The notes under the pieces: model-generated
Databases searched by the model: none
What the model was told of the DNA's origin: nothing
Seen by the model: only the letters and a program-made list of their open reading frames with translations
Position numbers and translations under genes: made by a program
In this document: one piece after another, positions 51,497 to 63,778 of the stretch
Numbering within the stretch: position 1 is the stretch's first letter
How the letters are laid out: the number at the start of each line of letters is the position of its first letter
Source: Glaucostegus cemiculus
Taxonomy: Eukaryota
Reading direction: 5' to 3'
Length of the DNA stretch: 64,000 bases
NCBI GenBank assembly: GCA_976551045.1
Contig: CDPCPM010000021.1
Coordinates: 8,680,001 to 8,744,000 of the forward strand

Positions 51497-51824
51497 CTGG
51501 AAGATAAAGAGGTTGAGACAAAAGATTCATTCTGTTACTATTAAAAGAAGGCTGCTTTGTGCCTCTTAATGATATTAAATTTTCCCACGTAATGATGTAT
51601 TACCTCCAATTTATCCCAAACTATATTTACTTGGAGTCTGACTTCACCTCTCCACGCAATAAGAATTAGAAACAAAAATTTCAAATATAACTCTAAATAA
51701 GGTCTGTAGTCAGAGACAGTGTCTGCAATACATATTTCTAATTGCTTTGCTGCGTCAGTATCACAAATTTATTTAAGGTAACAATTCCAACCAGTCGATC
51801 ACAACTTTTTAAGCAACAAGTAAT

Positions 51825-51995
51825 CTACTGGAAGAACTCAGTGGGTCGGGAAGCATCTGTGGGAGGAAAGGAATTGTTGACGATTCAGGTTGAAACCCTG
51901 CATCATCCTCCCACAGACGCTGCTTGACCTGCTGAGTTCCTCCAGCAGATCAATTGTCGCTCCAGATTCCAGCATCTGCAGTCTCTTGTGTCAAT
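51825..51995. mobile_element. Short Penelope-derived fold-back relic
   Basis: 'ctggaagaactcagtgggtcgggaagcatctgtgggagga' pairs with 'tcctcccacagacgctgcttgacctgctgagttcctccag'. Confidence 0.75.
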
Positions 51996-52149
51996 ATCTT
52001 TTTATTTCTATTTCTCCGTACTGTGGAAGATTAATGTGGTGGCTGAGAAGTTACACATTCAGTACAGTATAGACCTCACATGTCAGGCATACATACTGTT
52101 CATCAGATTGCTAACTCTGGTTGGACGTACTCCTGGAAGCATCACCATG

Positions 52150-52450
52150 GCAGGCATGGTAGTGTAGCAGTTAGCATAATGCTATTACAGCGCCAGCGAC
52201 CCGGGTTCAATTCCAGCCGCTGTTTGTAAGGAGTTTGTACATTCTCCCCGTGTCTGCGTGGGTTTCCTCCTGGTGCTCTGGTTTCCTCTCAAATTCAAAG
52301 ACATATGGGTTTGGAAGTTGTGGGTATGCTATTTTGGTGTTGGAAATGTGGCGACACTTGCGGGCTGCCCCCAGAATACTCTAGGCAAAAGATGTATTTC
52401 ACTCTGTGTTTAGATGTACATGTGACTGACAAAGATATTTTATCTTACAT
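52150..52450 (+). mobile_element. V-SINE, 'atctt'-tail subfamily
   Basis: Same head, V-domain and tail as 41226. Confidence 0.85.
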
Positions 52451-52646
52451 GACCTTTGCACCTCCTCCTGCCCAATTCCTAGACTCTTTTTCTAAGCATC
52501 AAGGGAGTGCCTTAGCATATCACCCACCAAAAATAGAGGCAGTGAGCAGTTAAGCTATTAGCATTTGTGCCATTCCAAATGGTAATTGACCAGTGGTCTC
52601 CTGGTTACTTTGAAAGAGGCTGTGGCCTGAAAGAACTTTCACTTAC

Positions 52647-52764
52647 CAGGATGTAGTCAGCCCACTTCTCCCTTGCGGTTTTCAGGGCCATTTGCCTGAG
52701 TTTCATCATATGTGAGAACCTGGAACTGGTCCAGTGTTTGGGGCCTATTTCATCACTGTAGTAC
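52647..52764 (-). CDS. COLGALT2: COLGALT2 coding exon 3
   Basis: Acceptor tttccag|G and donor CTG|gtaagt; 118 nt. Translates [39 protein letters not shown]. Phase is compatible with exon 2. Confidence 0.95.
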
Positions 52765-53067
52765 CTGGAAATCAACACAAAGCTGCTGGATCAGAGATGG
52801 GACCAAACCCCATTGACAAATAACAGATCTCACACTGATGTTTCAGTGGGGAGGGGAATGAGAGATCCAGCTTTGATAGGGACACATTAATGACAAAAAG
52901 TGGGCAGGGTGTATAATGACTGTCCATTTTGCAAACATGTAATTGTCTTCTCCCCCACTCAGAAAAGACGAGGCAATTGGCTCCTGAACCAAGTCAATGT
53001 GTCAGGAACGCCAAAGAGCAATTGAGAATGAGCTAGTTTTGCCCATAGGACCAGTGCAAACTGCAAT

Positions 53068-53750
53068 TCAAAGTCAAAGTCGAGTTTATTGTCATATGCA
53101 CAAGTACATGTATGCGCAGGTACAATGAAAAACTTACTTGCAGCAGCATCACAGGCACATAGCATCATATTAGCAGCATTCACAAGAAAAACATAAATTA
53201 AACATAAATTATACACAATTTTTACAAGAAGAAAAACACAATTACAACAAAAAAAGTCCACCTTAGTGCAAATTGATCAGGGTGGTCATAGTGTTGCTAA
53301 ACTGTAGTGACGATTAAGGTCAATCCACAAAAAGTGCTGGAGGAACTCAGCAGGTCAGGTAGCATCTATGGAGGGAAATCAACAGTCGACATTTCGGGCC
53401 GAGACCCTTCATCAGGACAGGAAAGAAAGAGGGTGGAAGCCAGAATAAGCCTTCTTATTCTGGTTTCTGCCTTCTTCCTTTCCAGTGCTAATGAAGGGTC
53501 ACGACCTGAAATGTAGACTGTTTATTTCCCTCCATAGATGCTGCCTGACCTGCTGAGTTCCTCCAGCACTTGTTGTGGATTGCTCCAGATTCCAGCACCT
53601 GCAGAATTTTTTGTGTGTCTGTGGTGATTAGGGTTTTTGCCTGTTGGTTCAAGAACTGAATGGCTGAAGGGAAGTAGCTGTTCTTGAACCTGGTCATGTG
53701 GGACTTCAGGCTTCTGTACATCCTGCCTTCTGGCAGCTGCGAAAGGTCAC
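53068..53750 (-). mobile_element. Rex1-like LINE 3' end interrupted by a Penelope fold-back element
   Basis: Colinear with 33605-33920 except for an insertion at about 53321-53620. Confidence 0.8.
53321..53620. mobile_element. Penelope-derived near-perfect palindrome (about 130-bp arms, centre near 53450) with hammerhead-like cores
   Basis: Arms pair from caatccacaa/ttgtggattg inward to cagaataag/cttattctg. A CTGATGA...GAAA core is present on the minus strand at 53383-53420. Confidence 0.85.
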
Positions 53751-53929
53751 TGGACTCATTAAGTGTGTGCGGCCCAAAGCCATCAAACCAACTGCAGAAT
53801 AACAATCGAAAATGCTGAAAAATTACAGGAGGACAGATAGGATCTATTAAGGCAGAAAATTGTTCAGGAATTCTTAGAGATATCACGGCTTAAAGTTCTA
53901 TGGTACTGTACAAAGTTTACAATACAATT

Positions 53930-54835
53930 AGAGTCACAGAGTCAAGCAGCATGGAAACAGGATCTTCAGCTCATTATCCACCCTGACCATCAAGCATTCA
54001 TTTACGCTAATTCGACACTAATCCCGCTTTATTCTTCCCACATTTTCCACAGATTCTACCACTCACCTATGCACTAGAGATAATTTACAGTGTCCCATTA
54101 ACCTACTACCCCATATACCTCTACTTTGAGAGAGGAAACCAAAGCACCCGGAGGAAACCTACATGGTCACAGGGAGAATGTGCAAACTCCAGACAGCACC
54201 TGAAGTCAGGATTGAACCTGGGTTGCTGGAGCTGTGAGGCAGTGGCTCTACCAGCTGTGCCACTGTGACAACCCAAATATTTATTTTATTTTTTTTTTCT
54301 TTAACAATCCCATTTTCCCACTATTTGCCTGCGATCTATTCTCTCTCACGTGTCTACCCACCCCAGTACTCCTATCACTCATCCACACACTAGGGACGAT
54401 ATACAGCAGATACCGGTAGTGTAGTGGTTAGCATAACGTTTTTATAGTGCCAGCGACCTGGGTTCAATTCCGGCCACTGTCTGTAAGGAGTTTGTACGTT
54501 CTCCCTGTGTCTGCATGGGTTTCCTCCGGGTGCTCCAGTTTCCTCCCACATGCCAAAAGGTGTACAGGTTAGGAAGTTGTGGGCATGCTATGTTGGCGCC
54601 AGAAACGTAGCAACACTTGCGGGCTGCCCCCAGAACCCTCTACGCAAAAGATATATTTCACTGTGTGTTTCGATGTAAATGTGACTAATAAAGATATCTT
54701 ATCTTAATTAACCTACCAACCCACACATCTTTGGGATGCAGCAGGAAACTGGAGTAGAATGCATAAAATTCACACAAAAAAAACCACCCGAAGTCAGGAT
54801 TGAACCTGCAGCCATGAGGCAGCAATGCTGCACCA
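53930..54835. mobile_element. V-SINE cluster: minus copy 53930-54270; minus copy 54300-54835 interrupted by a plus 'atctt'-tail copy at 54412-54705
   Basis: Heads, V-domains and tails are recognisable on each strand. Confidence 0.75.
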
Positions 54836-54849
54836 CCCTGAAATTTACT

Positions 54850-55525
54850 TGGGTTTGTGATCCAGGGCTTAACATAGATGCCACAGCCAAAAAAGGTCAC
54901 CAGTGCCTCTACTTCCTCGGGAGGTTAAAGATATTTGGCATATTCCCTTTGACACTCACCAACTTTTATTGATGCACCATAGAAAGCATCCTATCTGGAT
55001 GCATCATGGCCTGGTACGGCAACTGCTCTGCCCAGGACCGCAAGAAACTGCAGAGTTGGGGACACAGGCCAGCGCATCACGGAAACCAGCCTCCCCTCCA
55101 GGGACTCTTGTCTATACCTCTCGCTGCCTTGGTGAAGCAGCCAGCATAACCAAAGACTCCACCCACACAGGTCATTCTCTCTTCTCCCCTCTCCCATCAG
55201 GTAGAAGATAAAGGAGCCTGAGGGCACATACGATCAGGCTCAAGGACAGCTTCTATCCCATGGTGATATGACTATTGAGTGGTTCCCTTATACAATGAGA
55301 TGGACTCTTGACCTCATAATCTACCTTGTTTGACCTTGCAATTTATTGTCTACCTGCAATGCACTTCCCTGTAGCTGTGACACTTTACTCTGTATTCTGT
55401 TATTGTTTTTATCCTATACTACCTCAATGCACTGTGTAATGAATTGATCTGTATGAACAGTGTGCAAGACAAGTTTTTCACTGTACCTCGGTAGAAGTGA
55501 CAATAATAAACTAGTACCGGTACCA
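54850..55525 (+). mobile_element. Rex1/Babar-type LINE 3' fragment
   Basis: NIDATAKKGHQCLYFLGRLKIFG...LTNFY and 'gaaagcatcctatctggatgcatc'; tail gtgacaataataaac. Confidence 0.85.
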
Positions 55526-55999
55526 ATACAATTTTCTATACAGCTCTCAATGTATATGACGTTACTTGTAGAGATGCCCCGATATACACAGTGGGAACCA
55601 GTGGTGTGCAATGCATGACTGGACATCACTTCCATTACTACATCTACTACTTTCAAGAAAGCATGCATGACCCCCAAATGATGCTGGCCAGTCATAAAGT
55701 AGCAGGTCCCACAATATAAGACTTATTTTGCTCAGGCACTAGTAACTCCACTTTAACATAAACGCTCACCCCACCATGGTAGATCTCTATTTGGGCTTCC
55801 CCCCATCACCACGATCCATCATGACAACTCCTCCTCTCAGGAACCTCCCACCTTTGCCTGTTCATAACTCACCTCCTGCAGTTGATAGCAATTACCCTCG
55901 CCACCCTACGATGTCCCAACCTGATCCTTAAGCTATGGATTTCCTCCCACCCTCTAGTGACACATAAGAATTTTGCAGCTGGAATCACATTGCATCTGC

Positions 56000-56262
56000 T
56001 CCATCCATAAACCATCCATTTACAAAAATAATCCAATTCTTTATTCTTCCCACATTTCCCTTCACAATTTTTCAGTGGAAAATTAACCCATCAACCCACA
56101 TGCCTTTGGGTTGTGGGAGGAAACCAGAACACCCGGAGGAATCCCACGTATTCACAGGGAGAACATGCAAGCTCCACACAGATAGCACCTGAGGTCAGGT
56201 TTGAACTCAGGTCTCAGGCACGACAAGGCAGCTGCTCTATCAGCTGCACCACTGTGTCACCA
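56000..56262 (-). mobile_element. V-SINE (long-tail subfamily)
   Basis: Reverse-strand V-domain 'gtgggaggaaaccagaacacccggagga' and head. Confidence 0.75.
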
Positions 56263-59139
56263 CTGGCAGTTCAAGGCAGCAATGCCCCACAATATCTTTG
56301 AGAGTTCCAGGAGAGCTCCTTTAGAACCCACAGAAATAACAGAAGCCTTTTCTTTAGAGCATCTCTTCTCTCTTTCACTCAAGAAATTTTGCAGCCTGGG
56401 TCACTGGTAAACAAAAATTTGTTGGCCGTCTGCCCACTGCTTCCAAATACTGATGGATTTCTGGCTTGACAAGTTTTGAGGTGGAGGCAAACCAAAAGAG
56501 ATCTCTAAATCTTAAAGCTTGTTTTCACTCTAACTTTTACCGAAATGTTAACTCTATTTCTCCCTCCACTGATGCTGTCTGACCTGTTGAGTACTTCCAT
56601 CATTTAGCACCTTCTGTGTTTTCAGTATCCACAATATTTTGCTTTTGTAACCACTTCAAGGCACTTATTGCATTTGGGGTTGCAACAATATTTAGCGAGT
56701 TATTAACTGAATCAAAACTGATTATCTCCGAATTAAAGTTAAATTTGAGGCAGTATGTTCTGGAATCTAATTTTATTTATGCAGATATCCTTTGTCATTC
56801 TCCATGTTTCACATTACTTTACATTGAGTTATACTGGGTTGCTAATCTTATGTGTTCTAACTACACGGTCTGCTTGTATGCAACTCTAACACCTATCCTT
56901 ACCATTCTATTCACAGGGATTTGGCTTCTTCATTATACAAGCTGCTTTCACATCAAAATACTCTCACTGCAGTACATTTTGTGCATGCTGCAAAAAAGCT
57001 GCAGACCCTTATTGTTGGATGAACAAAAAAGCAGAAGAAAAATGACACTGACTAAATGGCTTACTCATACTGAACAAACACCTCATAAATGTATCCATTT
57101 AGTACTTACTAGAGGGCCAAGGTGATCTAACCTTTCCTGTTGCTGGATCATTTTGTTCATTGCTTTCCCACATCAGTTTCAGCTGTGTCATTCCCCTGGG
57201 CGGGAAGCAGGGAGGTATATCTCAGGAAGCCACAACAAGGCTGCTTGATCTTTCTCCACCTTATGGCCCCTTCTATTGTTGGCAGTTTCTCCTCAACCTC
57301 TCTGACACCATGGTTGAGAAGGGAAACCTTGCACACAAACTCACACCCATTCAAACAAATATTGCAACAAAGCACAATTTACTGCATTATTAGTGTAACT
57401 TCTGTCATTTTTGGTGAAATAATTGAGTTTGTCAGGTGCCAAGACCCTACCAAATGAATTTTATAAAGGTGCTGCCTTTGGTTTGAAACAAATTATTTTT
57501 GTATATAAATTGGAATGGGATTATTGGAGCAGATGTTAACATATAGACACTCATTATGCATTACACAGAGAATCCACTGGAGCCTGTGAACCTGAAAAAA
57601 TAATTTTGCATTAGACTGTAGAAATAAGTAGCCCAGCCATCTCTGGGGTGCATACTTAAACTTTTATTTCACTTGGAATGTCAAAACTCATTGGTACAAA
57701 CTCATAATTTCCTGCAAAAGTATGATTCTTATTGCATCTTAGACTTGATATAACCCAGGGACTTGGAGCTGTATGACCTCCATGAGACATTCTTTATCTC
57801 TTCTTTAAACTATCCGCACTACAGTTAATCTTCCATACCAAGAGTAATGCAATTCTTTGATTCATAAGTCCACCATATATAATGGCTTCTCCATGGATCA
57901 TGGTGCACCTCATTTCTGCAATGTAACATATTTACACAAACAATTGTAATGAATGTCTTTCACTGACTTCTATGGAATAAAGTGGATCTTTAATCAGACC
58001 TGAGTGAACTTTTTTTCTGCATTTTAAATTTCCTCTGTGGAATTTACCCTTGCCGCATAATATGACTGTGTGATGCAGGTGGGAAATCTAACCTTGGGTT
58101 TCTGCCACACAAGCAAACAGCAAGGAGGTCCGTGAAACCAGCATGAAGTAAGCGGCCGTCAATGTTTACCTTTCCTCCCACCATCCTTGCAGTGATGAGA
58201 CTTACTTCCTCTCTGGCACCTCCTCCTCACAGCATGCCTGAAACCAGGAACTCACCGTGTGGAGAATTGAGGGCGCTGTGGTGTGCTTACACATGTCCAC
58301 TCCAAATTTTATGATAGATCCACTCCATGTTTATGCAGTCAGCTAGGTTTTCAGAGAGAGTGTGAGCTAGGGGCACATGGATGAGGAAGACAGTATAAGA
58401 AATAGCATGAATGAACAGCATGCACAATATACCGGAGCTGGGGCCTTCTTTAAGATGTTTCCTGCAAGCTTCATTCACTTCGAGAAGGAATCTTTAACCA
58501 AGATACAGACTGCCAAGTGTTGATTGTTCATTTTGAATATGAGGTGGGTCTATGCTTGAAAATAAATCCAATGTCTCAGATAGGTTGGCTATTCATTTCC
58601 AACCTCCCACTCCTGGCATTTTTCTGATGCTTTACATTCGTTGCTACAGCACCCCAGTCTTCCATGTAAGAAAGGGTGGGGCATGACCAAAGGGAGGAAC
58701 TGTGCTTGATGTGACATTTTACTATCAGCACTATCGATTCAAGTGAGATCTTATTATGGAGATCAGTATCATAACATTTGATGGCTAATATTTTGAATGA
58801 TAACACCTATAAGTTAATGTCTAGAAAAATTAAAGAAGCCTTTTGAAAAATGATCTCCCATTCTTAACTCATTCTTTCCCAGTCCTTTCAAACCCTGATC
58901 TTAGCTCAGATTATGAGGATCATAAGGCTGGGAATTAGCTGCTGGTTGGGCTGGCCAGTTCTATCCCCCAGAACTTATCAGTACGTGCCCCTCCCCCACC
59001 TCCCCCCCTGCATTACGGCTGGAGGCAGGGAGTTGCGTTGGCGGGAAACAACCCACATCACAATTTTCCGTAACTCGAAGCCATGTCATCTGTGCACGTG
59101 TCAAGAAATGCAAGTTCAAGAAAAATATGTTTATTTATT

Positions 59140-59515
59140 TCAACAACACACACAAAATGCTGGAGGAACCGTAGCGGTTAACGCGATGCTGTTACAGCAC
59201 CAGCAATCGGGGTTCGATTCCCGTTGCTGTCTGTAAGGAGTTTGTACGTTCTCCCGTGTCTGTGTGGGTTTCCTCCGGGTGCTCTGGTTTCCTCCCACAT
59301 TCTAAAAGATGTACGGGTAGGTGAATTTGGGGGTTTAAAATGGGCGGCGCGGACACATAGGGCCGAAAGGGCCTGTTACCACACTGTAAATAAAATAAAA
59401 AGATCAGGCAGCATCTATGGAGGGAAAAAAAACATCTGACCTGCTGAGTTCCTCCAGCATTTTGTATGTGTTGCTCCAGATTCCAGCATCTGCAGAATCT
59501 CTTGTGTCTGTGTTT
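59140..59515. mobile_element. Penelope fold-back relic interrupted by a young V-SINE (59170-59400, +)
   Basis: 'acacaaaatgctggaggaac' | SINE | 'tcaggcagcatctatggaggg...ctgacctgctgagttcctccagcattttgt...ccagcatctgcag'. Confidence 0.8.
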
Positions 59516-59774
59516 ATTTATTTACATTTTTCACATAAAAAGTGACAAGAAGATAATTTTTGTTCTGTATCCCAGATTTTCTGGTCGTGATTTGTGAATT
59601 CTGTTGGGGTGAATTCCCGTTAACCGAACAGCCATAACAGAGGGGTCACCTGTATTTGGCAGACAATCTGCTCCCACTACCCTTCAAGGAATCTATAGGA
59701 AAGCTGAATAAAAATAATTGTCTTGCTCTTCCCTGATTGCTGTGTCGACCCTCACTAGATCATGGTAGTGTAGG

Positions 59775-60053
59775 GCAGGCATGGTAGTGTAGTGGTTAGC
59801 TTAACACTATTACAGCACCAGCGACCCAGGTTCAATTCTGGCTACTGTCTGTAAGGAGTCTGTACGTTCTCCCTGTGACTGTGTGGGTTTCCTCCCACAT
59901 TCCAAAGGCGTACAGGTTAGGAAGCTGTGGGCATGCTACGTTGGCGCTGGAAGCATGGCGACACGTGTGGGCTGCCCCCAGAACATCATGCAAAAAGACG
60001 TATTTCACTGTGTGTTTCGATGTACATGTGACTAATAAAGAAATCTTATCTTA
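59775..60053 (+). mobile_element. V-SINE, 'atctt'-tail subfamily
   Basis: Same structure as 41226. Preceded by a short duplication of its head ('catggtagtgtag'). Confidence 0.85.
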
Positions 60054-60468
60054 TAGTCAGTCCCACCAAAGGTTCTCATTGCTGGAGTAAAGACTACACC
60101 TAATCCTCCCTTCATTTGTCTTAGCAAATAAATAAAAATGGTTGGACTTCAGAAACGAGTTGAGTGTTACACCCAAAACAAGTAATGCTTAGCAGATCCA
60201 GTTGTGCTAGTTGTCAACTACTTGAAGGAAAGAGGTATGTCACTTTTCTTGTGATGACTTTGCATGCTTATGACAGTGGGAAATATGCAATTTTCTCAGA
60301 AATAGGTTCTCCTTTGAAGAAGGCAATGTCCCTCTAATTATTTTTAACTTCATATAACCAAGGAATGTTTCCCTATGTTGAAAGAATCTCCGTGTCAACA
60401 TTTGGAAACCGACTAAAGTTTGTCCTTAAACGAGGGCCCATATGTTACTACCCATTGAGAGTACTCAC

Positions 60469-60579
60469 GTGGGATGATCCAGAGGTCTCCACTCCACATA
60501 GTGATAAGTTTGCTGGACATTCTTTAACCACTCCCGCAGCACAGCTGTTGTGTTGTCAATGTTGTGATCTGTAGCGGCC
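60469..60579 (-). CDS. COLGALT2: COLGALT2 coding exon 2 (first exon in window; numbering assumes the 12-exon human structure)
   Basis: Acceptor ccttaccttag|G and donor AC|gtgagt; 111 nt. Translates (W)[36 protein letters not shown](T), matching recalled human COLGALT2 [33 protein letters not shown]. Confidence 0.95.
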
Positions 60580-61229
60580 CTAAGGTAAGGCAAAATCATG
60601 GCAGGTTAATCAGAGTCGAACTTGCGGTCAATAAGTTAGCAAACACAATGGTTTTAATTTGAACGAGAAAGGAATGTTGCTTTCCTGTCAGGGCTCAACA
60701 AAACATTCAAGTCAAGTCAAGTCTATTGTGTGCACAAGTATGGTGAGGTACAGGCACAATGAAAAATTTGCTTGCAGCAGCACCACAGGAACCACAGTTA
60801 CATAGGTGGTAATGCAATTGGCGGTGTTCAGAAAAGAGAAATGGTTTGAAATATCACCTTGATTAATAGTATCAGTAACCTATTTTTAACAATATTTCAA
60901 GTCTCTAGTTTTAAATCTGCCCCATGTGAAATGCTTTGCCTTGGCACAGTTGGGCCACAGGAACTGGATGGATGAGAAATATTGGCGGTCCTTTGAACTG
61001 TTCCCTCATCACATCAATAAAAGAATTCCTGTGTTTGCCACTAGGCTTTAGGGTAAGATGCAGAAATAGGACTAAGTTGGATAGTACTTTCAAAGAGCTT
61101 GCACACAGAATACAGAATGATTCTACCCGAGTGAGTCTTAACTCATTCTCAGCCAAAGGTGGTGAACGGCTGCAGTCCTGCTGGAGAAGGTGCTCCAATG
61201 GCGCTGTTGGATAATACTCACCAAAACAC

Positions 61230-62200
61230 GGAAGAAGGCCATTCGGCCCATCAAGTCAATACCAGTTCCTGACCAAGCACTCTCATGGATCCCTTTCCCC
61301 CATTTCTCATTTCCCTGTGGTCTTGCAACCTATTTTTTCTCACATGCCCAGTTGATTCTCCTTTGATACTTCGATGCACTTACCTATGCCATGAGGTAAT
61401 GTCCAGCACCAATTAACATACCAGCACATCTTTAAGATTTGGGAGGAAACTCCAGCACCCAGGGGAAAGTCATGTGGTCACAGGAAGAATGTGCAAACTC
61501 CACATGGACAGTACCAGAGGTCGAGACTGAACCTAGGTCACCGCAGAACCCAGCCACGATAACTGTTGTACCGCTATGCTGCCCAAAGGAATTTCCACAA
61601 TTTTAATCAAAAGGAAATGAAGGAACAGTGACATATATTTCTGTGGCAGGATGATATGCAAATTGTAGGCAAGTGGTGGTGTCCCACATTCCCTCAACTC
61701 TTTTTTTTACTTCTCTGTATGCATGTTTTGGAAGTGCTGAAAAAGTCCAGAACATGAATCTTGTACATGGTACACACTGCAGTCATGGTAGGCCACTGTG
61801 TGGCACAGTGATACAGCTAGTAGAGTCACTGCCTCAGAGCTTCAGAGAAGGTTCAGTCCTGACCTCGGGCGCTATCTGTGTGGAGTTTACACGTTCTCTC
61901 TGAAACAGTATAAGTTTCCTCCAGATGCTCTGCTTCCCACCCGCATCTCAAAAATTCCATTTTTGTAATCTCCCCACATTTCCCTCCAGTCTCCTCAGAT
62001 TCTATCACTCATCTACACGTTAGTAACCCTAACCCACCAAACTACATGTCTTTGGGATCTGAGAGGAAACCGGAACACATGGAGGAAATCCATGTGGTCA
62101 CTTGGAGAACATTTAAGCTCCACACAGATAGCACCTGAGGTCAGGTTTGAACCCTGGTCTCTGGCACTGCAAGGCAGTGGCTCTACCAGCTGCACCACTA
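61230..62200. mobile_element. Three V-SINEs: minus 61230-61585, plus 61795-61950, minus 61960-62200
   Basis: Heads and V-domain remnants are visible on alternating strands. Confidence 0.7.
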
Positions 62201-63277
62201 CAGGTAGTTCAAGGCAGCAGAACCACATATTATGTTTGTGAGTTCCTGGGGAAACTCCTGCCCTTTAGGAACCCACAAAAATAATGGAAGCCTTTTCTCT
62301 GGAGTCTCTCTTCTTTCTTTTACTCCTGAAATTGCTTGAAACCTGATGTGTTCCTACCTAAAATGGTGTCTAGAATCCTACTTACGTCATTGGATTCTTT
62401 TTTACATGTTAAGAGTGGCCAAGAATGGAATTGGTTACATTGCCAGCATTGCTAAGGGCCACTCAGAATTAACCCAAACAACTTCAGCACAGCTAGTGTA
62501 ACAAAAAGAAATAATCTCAAGGACTGTAATAGCACTGGCCAGAGAAGCTTGTACAAAATAAAACCTGTTGTAAGTGTACTAATTCTGAATGAAGCTCATA
62601 ATTCATTAAACCTGTTGAAGCTTCAGTCCTTTTGATATCCAGCAGAGTAGCAATATGCTCAAAAATACGTAATGACTTATAAACGGGGATTGGTCAACAT
62701 GTTGGCTCAGATCTGACGTTGAGAGTAGCGCTCACAAGTGTTGATTGGAGGGCACCTCCCAAGGCCTGCACTTGTGCAGTTAAAGCAACACGTCTGGAGT
62801 TCACACTTGAGTTGCTAAAGAAGCACATCTGGAGCCTATGCTGTTAAACAACTAAATATGGAAATTTTCTTTCCTCCTTCATTTCTTTTCTGTAAATGTA
62901 ATTTGCCTGAAGACTTGATATGAAAATCCTTGCCAGGGTGAGGAGGTGGTTCAATAGTTAGCACCAGTAAGTGGCGAGGCACATCTAAATTATTGCGAGC
63001 AACCTGCTTGGTGAACATTTAACTTCACAAGTATGCAGTAGATATAAGTCAGGCTGTGTAAGGATGCAGATTTTCTCTGCTGCAGGGCATTTTCGAACCA
63101 GATGGGGTTTTACAGGAACCTGGTAGATATTTCAAATTTCAGATTTATTTAATTACTTGAAATTAAATACCCAGCTGCCACAGTGGGAGCTAGTCATGAG
63201 TCCAGATCAATGGTCCAGAACTCTGTCCGCTGGGTAGAATTGAATTAGTGTTGGGGATTAATTTTTTTTACTTGATT

Positions 63278-63778
63278 CGGTATGTCACCAAAGACTCTTA
63301 CAAATTTCTATAGATATATAGATGTGGAGAGCATTCTGACTGGTTCCATCACAGCCTGGTATGGAGGCTCCAATGCACAGGATCACAAGAGGCTGCAGAC
63401 GATTGCAGATTTAGTACACTCCGTCAGGTGCGCTACCCTCCCCACTGAGGACATCTTCCAGAGGCAGTACCTCAAGAAGATGGCATCCATCACTAAGGAC
63501 CCTCACCATCCAGGACATGCCCTCTTCTCGTTACTACCATGGGGAAGAGGTACAAGAGCTTGAAGACCCACACTCAACGATTCAGAAACAGCTTCTTCCC
63601 CTCCGCCATCAGATTTTTGAATGGTCCATGAAGGCTACCTCGTTATTCCCTTTTTTTGCTGTATTTATTTATTTCTGTACTTTATTGTAATTTTATATCT
63701 TTGCACTGTACTGCTGCTGCAAAACAACAGATTTCACATCATATAAGTCAGAGATATTAAATCAGGTTCTTATTCTGT
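63278..63778 (+). mobile_element. Rex1/Babar-type LINE 3' fragment (same family as 1630-3242)
   Basis: MSPKTLTNFYR..VESILTGSITAWYGGSNAQDHKRLQ. Colinear with 2740-3242. Confidence 0.9.

Noticed and set aside
56616-57125. 169-aa hydrophobic plus-strand ORF
   Set aside because: It starts in a Penelope relic, its hydrophobicity reflects T-rich composition, and it has no recognisable domain.
13694-60579. Assignment to COLGALT1 or CERCAM
   Set aside because: Diagnostic segments ([44 protein letters not shown]) match recalled COLGALT2 better.
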